From contig CAVXAI010000008.1 in NCBI GenBank assembly GCA_963759645.1, positions 206,496-270,495 of the forward strand: a DNA stretch of 64,000 nucleotides. The letters run 5' to 3'. Both the position numbers and the translations under genes were made by a program. The notes below the pieces were generated by a model, which saw nothing but the letters and a program-made list of their open reading frames with translations, searched no databases and had not been told where the DNA came from. The first letter of the stretch is position 1, and every line of letters begins with the position of its first letter. This document shows, piece after piece, positions 42,472 through 51,046 of the stretch. Source of the DNA: an uncultured Acidimicrobiales bacterium (GTDB lineage: Bacteria; Actinomycetota; Acidimicrobiia; Acidimicrobiales; DATKAS01).

Positions 42472-43824
42472 GTGGAACCCCCCGAGGTCCACTTTGCCAC
42501 GAACGGAGGACATCGGATCGCGTGGCAGCAGTGGGGCGCCGGCCCGGATCTGCTGATGATTCCGCCGTTGATCTCCAACGTCGAGCTGCTCTGGGAGCAG
42601 GAGCTCTACCGGCGAGCACTCGAGTACTACGGCGAACACGTGCGAGTCACGATGTACGACAAACGCGGCATCGGGCTCTCCGATCGGTATGTCGATGCCC
42701 CGACTCTCGCCGAGCGCGTGAGCGACACCCTCGCTGTCATGGATGCAGCGGGACTCAAGAGCGCCACTATCCAGGGAACTTCCGAGGGTGGTCTCATCGC
42801 CCAGCTGTTCACGCTCGCCGAGCCCGAGCGGGTGGACCGCCTGATCCTCACGAACGCATCGTCAGGAGACGCGCACTTTCGTGCGCTGCTCACATCCTCG
42901 AGCGGATCCACCACAGAGCTCGATCAGCTCATCGCGAGATATGGGACTCTGATCTCGAACTGGGGGTTAGACCCGCAGTACTTCGTCGACTGGTACAACC
43001 CGGGGCAGTCCTCCAACCCGGGCTTCGTCCGCTGGATGGGCCGGTATTGCCGCCAATCGGCGACAGCGTCCGATCTCGCGGCACAGATCGCCAACCTCGG
43101 TGGCCTTGATGCCGGACCACGGCTCGATGAGATCGCCGCGCCGACCCTCGTGGTCCACTACACGGACGACGACGTGATTCCGGTCGAGGCGGGACGGTGG
43201 CTCGCCACGAAGATCCCCGGGGCGACGTACCGCGAGCTCCCCGGCTCCGACCACTTCGGGCTCGCCGACGCGAACTGGCGAGATCTCGCGGACATTCAGA
43301 TCGAATTCGTCACCGGCAGCACGCCCACGCGCGCGACGGAGCGACGTCTCGCGACTGTGCTTTTCACGGACATCGTCGAGTCGACGCATCGAGCCGCTGA
43401 GGCGGGTGACGATCATTGGCGACGCACCCTCGACAGCCACGACCGCATCGCGTGGAGGACGGCGAACGAACGCAACGGCACACTGGTCAAGAACACTGGC
43501 GACGGTCTCCTCCTGTACTTCGATTCGCCAGGGCCGGCACTCGAGTTCGCCCGCGATCTGCGGAGGCGACTCCTGGACATCTCGCTCCCGATTCGATGCG
43601 GCGTGCACATGGGTGAGATCGAGAGACGAGCCGACGGCGACATCACCGGTGTCGCGGTCAACCTCGCCGCTCGGGTCGAGCAAGCCGCGGAGGAGGGCGC
43701 GATCTTCGTGTCTTCGACGGTGCGGGATCTGATGCTCGGCGGCGACGCTCGGTTCGAAGACCGCGGCGAGCACAGCCTCAAGGGCTTCGACACGCCCTGG
43801 CGGCTCTACTCACTCGCGGGCTGA
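42472..43824 (+). CDS. Alpha/beta-hydrolase + class III adenylate/guanylate cyclase fusion (LipJ-like), intact paralogue
   Basis: Intact 450-aa ORF, collinear with the upstream copy. It has GTSEGG, ATVLFTDIVEST, NTGDGLLL, GVHMGEIE, GVAVNLAARVE and the C-terminus DRGEHSLKGFDTPWRLYSL. Confidence 0.85.
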   Translation: MEPPEVHFATNGGHRIAWQQWGAGPDLLMIPPLISNVELLWEQELYRRALEYYGEHVRVTMYDKRGIGLSDRYVDAPTLAERVSDTLAVMDAAGLKSATIQGTSEGGLIAQLFTLAEPERVDRLILTNASSGDAHFRALLTSSSGSTTELDQLIARYGTLISNWGLDPQYFVDWYNPGQSSNPGFVRWMGRYCRQSATASDLAAQIANLGGLDAGPRLDEIAAPTLVVHYTDDDVIPVEAGRWLATKIPGATYRELPGSDHFGLADANWRDLADIQIEFVTGSTPTRATERRLATVLFTDIVESTHRAAEAGDDHWRRTLDSHDRIAWRTANERNGTLVKNTGDGLLLYFDSPGPALEFARDLRRRLLDISLPIRCGVHMGEIERRADGDITGVAVNLAARVEQAAEEGAIFVSSTVRDLMLGGDARFEDRGEHSLKGFDTPWRLYSLAG

Positions 43825-43837
43825 TCGACCCGAGGTC

Positions 43838-46276
43838 TCACTCGAGCGGGCGTCGCGCGAGCACCGCTGGCTCCCGCCCGGCGAACACCCACCCCGCGGC
43901 GAGTGCGACGAGCGGAGTGCCCACAGCGATGACGGCGAGGTGACCGAGCGGGAGGGGCGTGAGGTTGCTCAGGCGACCTGCCGCGAGCGCGAGGTACGCG
44001 CCGCCGATGCCGAGCAGCGCTCCGAGCGCGGCAAGTGCACCCGCCGTGACGGCGCTGATGCTGCGACGCGTCGACGAGGTCCCACCGGTCGCGGTGAGCA
44101 TCCGCAGCTCCCCGGTCGACTCACTGCGGATCAGCCCGATGGTCATCGCGAGGATCGCAAGCGCGAGCAGCATGCCGGCGGCGATCGCGCCCCGACCCAA
44201 GTTCGCGAGCCGGGCCTGATCGTCGCGGCTCTCGATCTCGATGCCGTACTGCGTCGCGATGATGCGCGCCGCCCTGAGCTGGCTCGAGGACAGCGGCTTG
44301 GATGTCTCGATCAGCCACTGCCCTGACGGGGCTGCGCTCCATCCCCGTTCGATCAGGCGTTCCGGGCTGATGAGCGCACGCGGGAGCGACGAGTACGTCT
44401 CTCTGAGTCCTCCCGTAGCGGTGAGTCGCTCGCCGGGATCTCGACGGTCGGGCGAGGGACGACCTGCACCCATGATCTCGACCTCGCCGGTCTGCGTGGT
44501 GACGATGTCCTTGCCCACGAGGTCCCCAGGATCGAGTCCGTAGGTGGCGAGCAGCGTGGGTGATGCGACGTACACCGCACCGGCATAGGCCAACCCGTCC
44601 GAGACGGGCCGCGCGAGCGCGATCGCGGGCCTCTCATCGGAGGAAGCGGGCGTGGCCTGTGGATCCATCGCGAGGTCGAGGCGCGTGGCGACAGCGCCCG
44701 GTAGCGACGCGGAGATCTCATCCACCCCGGCCTGGACCTCGTCGAGGGTCGCGTCGTCGGCGATGACGAGACCGAACTTGTCGGCGGTGTACACGAGGAG
44801 CTGCGTCGACGACAGGTTGCCGGAGCCTGCGTTGTTCTCGGCCGCTGCAGCCGTCGCGACGATCGCCACCGCGATGCCGAGCGCGAGCGCTATCGCGGCG
44901 AGAGCTGCGCCTGATCGAGATCGGTAGCGACTGAGGTCGCGAAGGGCCAGGCGTGCGGCAACCGGGACGCGAGCAGCGAGACGCGCGAGCGCTTGGATGG
45001 CGAGGGGGCTCACCAGGAGCACACCGGCGACCACCGCGAGCATGCCCACCGCGATGAGCGTCAAGTCGATCGCCGCCGCTTCGCCCGTGTTGCTTCCGAC
45101 GCCCAGACACACGGCGCCGCCGACGAGGCACATGATCGCCAGAAGCGAGGACCGATGGAGCGCGGGCCGATCCGGCGGCCGACCCGACAGAGCGAGCACC
45201 GTGGGAATGCGGGACATGGTGCGGCCGGGCCACCACGCGGCCGCAGTCGCGGCAACGACCGCGAGCACCATCGCCGTGAGTACGAGCCACCATGGGACGT
45301 TGAGCGCATCCATCCGATGCCCGACCGCATTGCTCACGCTTGGAGCGAGCGCGATCCACCCGGCCAAGCCGAGAACCGTGCCCATGACCGCGGCCACGAC
45401 ACCCGTCACCGCACCAGTCGCGAGCATGGTGAGGCGGAGGTGCTTCTCCGTAGCACCGACCGCCGACATCATCCCGAGCTGTGGCAGTCGTCGCTGTGCG
45501 ATGACCATGAAGCTCGAGGCGGCGACGAGCGCGACCAAGATCAACACGAGAGTGCTCACGACGAGGATCAGCACCGCGGCAAGCACGTCCGCAGGGAGAT
45601 CACCGCGCGAGCTGAGGATGCGGCCAGTGTCACCGGGGGGACGAAAGTCGTCGACGCGGCCCTCGCTCGCGTCGACGAGCATCTCGACGTACGTTGATTG
45701 CGCGAGCGCCGACGCCGGCAGCAGCGCGAAGTCGTCGCCGAGGTTGCTCGGGTTTTCGACGATGCCGACCACACTGCGGGTGACGCCGTCGAGGTCGATG
45801 GTCGCGCCGACACTGGCGCCGAGGGCATCGACGACGCCATCGGTGACGGCGACCTCGTCGTCCGCGACCGGATAGCGGCCCGAGCTCAGCCGCAGCAGCG
45901 GCTCCCCGAACGGTCCGTCAGGCTGCTGGGATCGATAGTCGATCTTCTTGACCGTGCCGGGCACAGGTACGGGCCGGTGCCCGATCGCCTCGATCTCGCC
46001 GAACCACTCAGCCCCCGCGTCGAGCTTCGCCTGCAGGGTCGCCGGGTCGGGGTCGTTGAACGTGAAGTAGTGAGTGGCGTCACCGAACTCGGCTTGGCCC
46101 GATACCGGAGCGATGTTGAACGCGGCGCACGTGAACCCGACCGCGGCCGCGATGGCGACGGTGAGCAACGAGAGGATGAGGAGATGCTGGCGCCAGTCGC
46201 GGCGGAACACGCGAGAGGCCCAGCGCACGACGGCTCGCCGTGCCGGGATGCCTCCGTTGGCGTGCCCGGCGCTCAT
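43838..46276 (-). CDS. ABC transporter permease, double FtsX-domain (MacB/DevC-like) type
   Basis: The start MSAGHANGG overlaps the ATPase stop (ATGA at 46273..46276). The frame is about 813 aa, intact, with clustered TM helices at both ends and large extracytoplasmic segments. It is the 3' two-thirds of the artefactual 1102-aa ORF 43838..47146. Confidence 0.75.
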   Translation of the reverse strand: MSAGHANGGIPARRAVVRWASRVFRRDWRQHLLILSLLTVAIAAAVGFTCAAFNIAPVSGQAEFGDATHYFTFNDPDPATLQAKLDAGAEWFGEIEAIGHRPVPVPGTVKKIDYRSQQPDGPFGEPLLRLSSGRYPVADDEVAVTDGVVDALGASVGATIDLDGVTRSVVGIVENPSNLGDDFALLPASALAQSTYVEMLVDASEGRVDDFRPPGDTGRILSSRGDLPADVLAAVLILVVSTLVLILVALVAASSFMVIAQRRLPQLGMMSAVGATEKHLRLTMLATGAVTGVVAAVMGTVLGLAGWIALAPSVSNAVGHRMDALNVPWWLVLTAMVLAVVAATAAAWWPGRTMSRIPTVLALSGRPPDRPALHRSSLLAIMCLVGGAVCLGVGSNTGEAAAIDLTLIAVGMLAVVAGVLLVSPLAIQALARLAARVPVAARLALRDLSRYRSRSGAALAAIALALGIAVAIVATAAAAENNAGSGNLSSTQLLVYTADKFGLVIADDATLDEVQAGVDEISASLPGAVATRLDLAMDPQATPASSDERPAIALARPVSDGLAYAGAVYVASPTLLATYGLDPGDLVGKDIVTTQTGEVEIMGAGRPSPDRRDPGERLTATGGLRETYSSLPRALISPERLIERGWSAAPSGQWLIETSKPLSSSQLRAARIIATQYGIEIESRDDQARLANLGRGAIAAGMLLALAILAMTIGLIRSESTGELRMLTATGGTSSTRRSISAVTAGALAALGALLGIGGAYLALAAGRLSNLTPLPLGHLAVIAVGTPLVALAAGWVFAGREPAVLARRPLE

Positions 46277-46998
46277 CGTCCCGGCGTGGGCGACAGCAGC
46301 GACTCGGGGCCCGCGACGGGCGCCGACTGATCGACGACTCGACCGTCGCGCAAGAACACCACCCGGTCCGCCCAAGACGCGAGCTGGGCGTCGTGGGTGA
46401 CGAGCACGCCAGCCACGCCGCGCTTGCAGGCCGATCGCACGAGACGCATGACTGCCTCGCCGTTCACGGAGTCGAGTGCACCCGTTGGCTCGTCGGCGAG
46501 CAGCAGCCGGCGATCGCCGACGATGGCGCGTGCGATCGCGACGCGCTGGCGTTCGCCGCCTGACAGCTCGTCGGGATAGCGGTCGGCACGATCGGCGACG
46601 CCGAGCTCGTCGAGAGCCGCGAGCGCGGCCGTCCGCGCTGTCTTGGCTCGAGTGCCATCGAGCTCCAGCGGCAGGGAGACGTTCTCTGCCGACGTCAGTC
46701 CCGGGAGCAAGTTGAAGTCCTGGAAGACGTAGCCGATGACCTGTCGGCGAAGTCGAGCGCGGTCGTTGCGGGACATCGCGGAGGTGTCCTGCCCATCGAC
46801 CGCGACCTGACCGGTCGTGGCCTCTTCGAGCGTTCCAGCGATGGTCAGCAAGGTGCTCTTGCCGGAGCCGCTCGGGCCCATGATCGCGACGAGCTCGCCG
46901 GGCAGGACCGTGAGATCGACGTCCTGCAGGGCGAGGACGGCGGTGGGCCCCTCTCCGTACGACTTGGACACCTGCGTCACCTCGAGCACTGCGCTCAT
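46273..46998 (-). CDS. ABC transporter ATP-binding protein (MacB/LolD-like)
   Basis: It begins MSAVLEVTQVSKSYG and carries Walker A GPSGSGKST, FQDFNLLP, LSGGERQR and LLLADEPTGALD. The start overlaps the padR stop (ATGA). Confidence 0.85.
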   Translation of the reverse strand: MSAVLEVTQVSKSYGEGPTAVLALQDVDLTVLPGELVAIMGPSGSGKSTLLTIAGTLEEATTGQVAVDGQDTSAMSRNDRARLRRQVIGYVFQDFNLLPGLTSAENVSLPLELDGTRAKTARTAALAALDELGVADRADRYPDELSGGERQRVAIARAIVGDRRLLLADEPTGALDSVNGEAVMRLVRSACKRGVAGVLVTHDAQLASWADRVVFLRDGRVVDQSAPVAGPESLLSPTPGR

Positions 46999-47576
46999 CG
47001 CCGCGCTCCGATCTTGCGACGCGCCACCCGCGGCGCCGGTGCCGTTGGCTGTCCGTCGATTGCCGGCATCCGCCGGATCCGCGCCTCGGCTGCATCGAGC
47101 CACCGCACGACGGCGTCGAGGCGGTAGATCTCCGCGTCGGCGACAAGGAGGAGGCTCGTGTCGTCCTCGTGCGCGTCCTCCTTCAACCGCGTGTACTGGT
47201 GCATGGCCTCTATTACGTGCCGGCGGTAGGTCTGGGTCAGCTCGCTCACCTCGACATCGGGCACACGCAACGCGACGAGCACCTTGATGACCAGCTCGTC
47301 GCGGGGCGGGCTCGTGGTGTCCGGCGGGCTGTGCAGCCAGGCGTCGAGCTCCGCTCGGCCGGACTCGGTGATGCGGTATCGATTCTGCGCGCCGTTCTCG
47401 GCGGTGTCGTCGGACTCGACCAGCTCGTCGCGCTCGAGGCGCTGGAGGGTGGTGTACACCTGGCCCGTGTTCAACGGCCAGACCTCCCCGGTGCGTGCCT
47501 CGAACTCCTGAGTGAGCTGGAAGCCGTGCTTCGGACCCTCGCTGAGCAGGGCCAACAACGCGTGTCGGATCACCAT
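46995..47576 (-). CDS. PadR family transcriptional regulator
   Basis: Intact 193-aa ORF. The wHTH reads LLALLSEGPKHGFQLTQEFEARTGEVWPLNTGQVYTTLQRLERDELV. Confidence 0.85.
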   Translation of the reverse strand: MVIRHALLALLSEGPKHGFQLTQEFEARTGEVWPLNTGQVYTTLQRLERDELVESDDTAENGAQNRYRITESGRAELDAWLHSPPDTTSPPRDELVIKVLVALRVPDVEVSELTQTYRRHVIEAMHQYTRLKEDAHEDDTSLLLVADAEIYRLDAVVRWLDAAEARIRRMPAIDGQPTAPAPRVARRKIGARR

Positions 47577-47579
47577 GCC

Positions 47580-47607
47580 GAGTAGTATACTCAGTATAGT
47601 ACTCAGT
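47580..47607. promoter_or_regulatory. AT-rich palindrome/repeat element immediately upstream of padR (GAGTAGTATACTCAGTATAGTACTCAGT)
   Basis: It contains the palindromes AGTATACT (47584..47591) and AGTACT (47598..47603), each followed by CAGT. It is strikingly AT-rich for this sequence. It fills the 33-bp gap between the tadA stop and the padR start. Confidence 0.5.
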
Positions 47608-47609
47608 TG

Positions 47610-48056
47610 CTAGCGCAGAGCGGAGAAGAACTTCTGCAGCAGCGCCGCCGACTCCTCCGCCTTCACGCCGTGCTGCACCTCCACCTCATGGTTCAGTCGA
47701 GGGTCGACACACAAGTTGTAGAGCGACCCCACGGCTCCGGCTTTGAGGTCCGGAGCGCCGAACACGACCCGACGCAACCGTGCGTTCACCAGCGCGCCCG
47801 CGCACATCGCGCACGGTTCGAGGGTGACGACCAACGTGACGTCGTCGAGCCGCCAGCGCCCGAGCGTCGCCGCGGCGTCGCGGAGGGCGAGCAGCTCGGC
47901 GTGGGCGGTCGGGTCGCCGGTGAGCTCGCGCTCGTTGTGGCGCCGCGCGACGACCTCGCCGTCTACCAGCGCGACCGCGCCAATCGGGACGTCGCCGTGT
48001 ACGACCGCGGCCTCGGCCTCCGCCAGAGCAAGCGTCATCGCTTCCCGGTCATCCAT
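47610..48056 (-). CDS. tadA: tRNA-specific adenosine deaminase
   Basis: It begins MDDREAMTLALAEAEAAV and has the deaminase zinc motifs HAELLAL and LEPCAMCAGAL. It is the 3' part of the over-long ORF 47610..49127. Confidence 0.85.
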   Translation of the reverse strand: MDDREAMTLALAEAEAAVVHGDVPIGAVALVDGEVVARRHNERELTGDPTAHAELLALRDAAATLGRWRLDDVTLVVTLEPCAMCAGALVNARLRRVVFGAPDLKAGAVGSLYNLCVDPRLNHEVEVQHGVKAEESAALLQKFFSALR

Positions 48057-48164
48057 CGGGCGGAACTGTTGCACGCAGCGGCGGGCGCCGTTTGCGGGCC
48101 GTTGCGTTCGGGAACCTTGAGTCCGCGGTACGCCGCGCCCCACGCCCAATGAAAGAGGAGGACG

Positions 48165-48749
48165 ATGCCAGAGCTGCTCGTCGACTTCATCACTTCGCTC
48201 GATGGCTACGGAGCCGCTGAGGGCTGGCCCGGCTGGTGGGGATTGCAAGGTCCGGAGTACCTCGCGTGGTTGGGCGAGCAGCCGGAGGCGGACCACACCG
48301 TCCTGATGGGGGCGAACACCTACCGCATCATGTCGGGCTACGCAGCCGAAGGGGAGCCGGGCACGGAGGCGCTCGCCGGGCTGTCGAAGGTCGTCTTCTC
48401 GAGCACGTTGAAGGGACCCCTGGAGTGGCCGAACACCAAGCTCGTCAATGACGACGCTGTCGAGGCCGTGGGGAAGATGAAGGACGAGAAGGGCGCCAGC
48501 TCCATGCGCACGATGGGCAGCCTCACGCTGTGTCGCTCCCTTCTGAGCGCCGGGCTCGTGGACCGCTTCCGTGTCGTCGTCTTCCCGGTCATCACGGGAA
48601 GCAGCGGTCGGGAACGTATCTATGACGGGTACCCCGATGTTGCACTCGACATGATCGACAGCCGTACCTTCGACGGTCGCATCCAGCTGGTCGAATACGT
48701 CCCCAAGGTTCTGGCGGGTCCACCCGACGCCGACAAGAAAACGACCTGA
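48165..48749 (+). CDS. Dihydrofolate-reductase-like (RibD C-terminal domain) family protein
   Basis: Intact 194-aa ORF with a strong RBS (AGAGGAGGA). It reads LVDFITSLDGY...VLMGANTY...SLTLCRSLLSAGLVDRFRVVVFPVITG. Confidence 0.65.
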   Translation: MPELLVDFITSLDGYGAAEGWPGWWGLQGPEYLAWLGEQPEADHTVLMGANTYRIMSGYAAEGEPGTEALAGLSKVVFSSTLKGPLEWPNTKLVNDDAVEAVGKMKDEKGASSMRTMGSLTLCRSLLSAGLVDRFRVVVFPVITGSSGRERIYDGYPDVALDMIDSRTFDGRIQLVEYVPKVLAGPPDADKKTT

Positions 48750-48797
48750 GCCCAGGTCCCTGCTGCGGGCGGAACTGGTGTCTGGCACACTATCTTC

Positions 48798-49148
48798 GTG
48801 TCTGCGAAGGTAGTTTCGGACCCATCGGGAGCAGAGTTCGAGGCCGCAGCCGAGACGTTGAAGCTTCTGGCTGATCCGACTCGCCTGGCCATCATCTGGG
48901 CGCTCCTCCACGGCGAGCACTCGGTCGCCGCTCTTGCGGAGCATGTCGGTGTCAGACCGACGGCTGTTTCGCAACACCTCGCAAAGCTCCGCCTCGCTGG
49001 AGCGGTCCGCACGCGCCGCGATGGCAATCGGATCTTCTACATCGCGGAAAACGAGCACATCGAGCGTCTCGCCTCCGAAGCGTTGCTCCAGGCCGACCAC
49101 CTCGTGACGGGTGGGCAGCGTCATCACGCCAAAAGGCGCAGCGCGTGA
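48798..49148 (+). CDS. ArsR/SmtB family metalloregulator
   Basis: It reads LKLLADPTRLAIIWALLHGEHSVAALAEHVGVRPTAVSQHLAKLRLAGAV. Its stop overlaps the CDF start (GTGA at 49145..49148). Confidence 0.8.
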   Translation: MSAKVVSDPSGAEFEAAAETLKLLADPTRLAIIWALLHGEHSVAALAEHVGVRPTAVSQHLAKLRLAGAVRTRRDGNRIFYIAENEHIERLASEALLQADHLVTGGQRHHAKRRSA

Positions 49149-50181
49149 GCCACGAGCACCATCACGGTCGCGATGCGGATCACGATCATCCCGACCACGA
49201 GCATGCCGGCGTGGTCTCCGGGGTGCGTTCGCCGAGATCTTCCGTCCTCACAGCCACGACGCCTCCGACTCGATCGACAACGCGCTCGAAGCGAGCGAGC
49301 GCGGGATCCACGCCGTCAAGGTGTCGTTCGTCGCGTTGATGCTGACCGCGCTCGTCCAGCTGGCGATCGTGGTTCTCACAAGTTCTGTGGGGCTGCTCGC
49401 TGACACGATCCACAACTTCTCTGACGCGCTCACGGCGGTGCCGCTGTTCCTGGCGTTTCGATTGAGCCGCCGTCCGTCGAACCGCAGGTACACCTACGGC
49501 TATCACCGTGCCGAAGACCTCGCGGGGGTGTTCGTGATCCTGATGATCGCGGTGTCATCGGTGATCGCCGCATGGGAGGCGATCAGCCGACTCATCCACC
49601 CGCAGCCCATCAGCCACGTCGGCGTCCTGTTCGTTGCCGGGATCGTCGGCTTGGTCGGCAACGAGCTCGTCGCCCTGTACCGCATTCGTGAAGGCAACGC
49701 GATCGGCTCAGCCGCGCTGGTAGCCGACGGCTACCACGCTCGCACCGACGGCTTCACCTCGCTGGCTGTCGCACTGGGAGCCGTCGGAGTTTGGGCAGGG
49801 TTCGAACGTGCCGATGCCCTCGTCGGTCTCGGCATCTCGATCGCGATCTTCGCGGTGCTGCGAGGCGCAGCCCGGCAGGTCTACTACCGGCTCATGGACG
49901 CGGTCGACCCTGCGATCGTCGGTCAGGTCGAGACTGTCGCCGCCGGATCGCCTGGGGTCGTTGCCGTCACCGCCCCCCGGGTTCGCTGGCACGGCCACCG
50001 GCTCGTGGCCGACCTCGACATCACGGTGCCCGGAGACCTTCCAGTGAGCGATGGGCATTCGATCGCCGAAGACGTACGCCACCGACTGCTGCATGCGGTC
50101 GCGCACCTCGATGACGCCCACGTGCACGTCGACCCTGACGACGCGCACGCGCACGAGTCAGCTGGTCACCACTCCCATTGA
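49145..50181 (+). pseudogene. Cation diffusion facilitator (CzcD/ZitB-like) metal efflux transporter, one frame break
   Basis: The His-rich N-terminus MSHEHHHGRDADHDHPDHEHAG lies in ORF 49145..49339. The body lies in ORF 49111..50181 and has LLADTIHNFSDAL, VADGYHARTDG and a C-terminal His-rich tail. The break is near 49215. Confidence 0.8.
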
Positions 50182-50602
50182 ATTGATCGAAGCGCCGAGC
50201 CTGGAGGCGGTCCGAGAACTCGACGCCAGAACGAACATCGGCGCCGCGGTCGAGGCGGGAGCCGCGAGTGCGACCGAGCCCGAAGTCCACGAGGACTACG
50301 TCAGCGCCTACGACCTCGGACGCCTCGCCGAGTCGGCGAGATTCGTCCGGCACTACCCCGAACAGAATCCGGTCCTGCGGGATCTGTTGCCGTCGATCAT
50401 CACCCCGACCCTGGTCGTGGCGGGCCGCAACGATGACCTCGTGCCGTGGTCGAACAACGAGTACCTCCACGACCTCCTTCCCAACAGCGAGCTCCATCCG
50501 CTCGACGCCGGACACTTCGCCTGGGAGCAAGCAGCTCATGAATACGGCGGACTTGTCGCCGATTGGGTCAGCGGCGGGTACCGGCGCGTCGGCGGTAGCT
50601 AA
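50182..50602 (+). pseudogene. 5'-truncated alpha/beta-hydrolase remnant (C-terminal cap/His region only)
   Basis: The tail of ORF 50051..50602 reads ...TPTLVVAGRNDDLVPWSNNEYLHDLLPNSELHPLDAGHFAWEQAAHEYGGLVADWV. No nucleophile-containing N-terminal half is present. It abuts the CDF stop. Confidence 0.5.
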
Positions 50603-50699
50603 TGGCTTAAGAGCTCCGAGATTGATCGCGCGCTCACGGGCCGATCGGACACCGAGGCCCAGCCACCGCCAGCACGAACGTTGTGATTCTGGCAACGGT

Positions 50700-50787
50700 T
50701 GGCGGAGGGAGTGGGATTCGAACCCACGGTGGGTTGCCCCACACACGCTCTCCAGGCGTGCCGATTCGTCCGCTCTCGCATCCCTCC
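50700..50787 (-). tRNA. tRNA-Ser (anticodon GGA), CCA encoded
   Basis: The manual fold gives acceptor GGAGGGA/TCCCTCC, anticodon stem CACGC/GCGTG with loop CT-GGA-GA, a long variable arm, and T-arm GTGGGTTCGAATCCCAC. The 3' end is GCCA. Confidence 0.9.
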
Positions 50788-50841
50788 GGACACGCGTGCA
50801 CCCGCTGGGACGAACCAGAGGGCGGCGCCCGCTGTGTCTCT

Positions 50842-50862
50842 GGCGGGCGCTTCGCGCCCGCC
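50842..50862 (-). terminator. Perfect 9-bp GC hairpin GGCGGGCGC-GAA-GCGCCCGCC just 3' of the SRP RNA
   Basis: Seen directly in the sequence. There is no U-tract, so it is an I-shaped, actinobacterial-style terminator candidate. Confidence 0.4.
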
Positions 50863-50869
50863 ATCTCAC

Positions 50870-50974
50870 GGCGACGGCCAGGCGATCTGCGGCACACAGC
50901 AGTATCCGCTGAGAGCTGCTGCCTCCCGGCCCTGACTCGGTTCACGGGCTGCCGTTGCACAGGACCCGGCCGCC
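50870..50974 (-). ncRNA. ffs: Small (4.5S-type) signal recognition particle RNA
   Basis: The minus-strand read GUCAGGGCCGGGAGGCAGCAGC matches the conserved domain IV of E. coli 4.5S RNA (GUCAGGUCCGGAAGGAAGCAGC), including a GNRA tetraloop (GGGA). The ends GGCGGCCGGG / CCUGGCCGUCGCC can pair. The boundaries are approximate. Confidence 0.6.
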
Positions 50975-51046
50975 ACCTGACATGGCGGGCGCGTGCCCAA
51001 GGGTAGCCGGGCCGCCCGTCGCGAGGCGCCCGGTAGTGTCGGCCGA

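Noticed and set aside
43838-47146. A single 1102-aa minus-strand ORF
   Set aside because: Its N-terminal 290 residues or so are Arg/Pro-rich nonsense, read out of frame through the ABC ATPase gene. The real genes are the permease (43838..46276) and, in another frame, the ATPase (46273..46998).
48778-48790. A possible ArsR operator, GTGTCTGGCACAC, upstream of or overlapping the arsR start
   Set aside because: Only the 4-bp arms are complementary. It does not resemble the 12-2-12 ArsR/SmtB operators I know, so the evidence is insufficient.
47610-49127. A 505-aa minus-strand ORF
   Set aside because: Only the last 148 codons or so (tadA, 47610..48056) are a recognisable protein. The rest is antisense to the well-supported DHFR-like and ArsR genes.
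40968-50787. Integrated mobile element or genomic island at tRNA-Ser
   Set aside because: I recognised no integrase, recombinase, transposase or conjugation genes and no duplicated tRNA 3' segment. The idea is kept only as a weak variable-region hypothesis.
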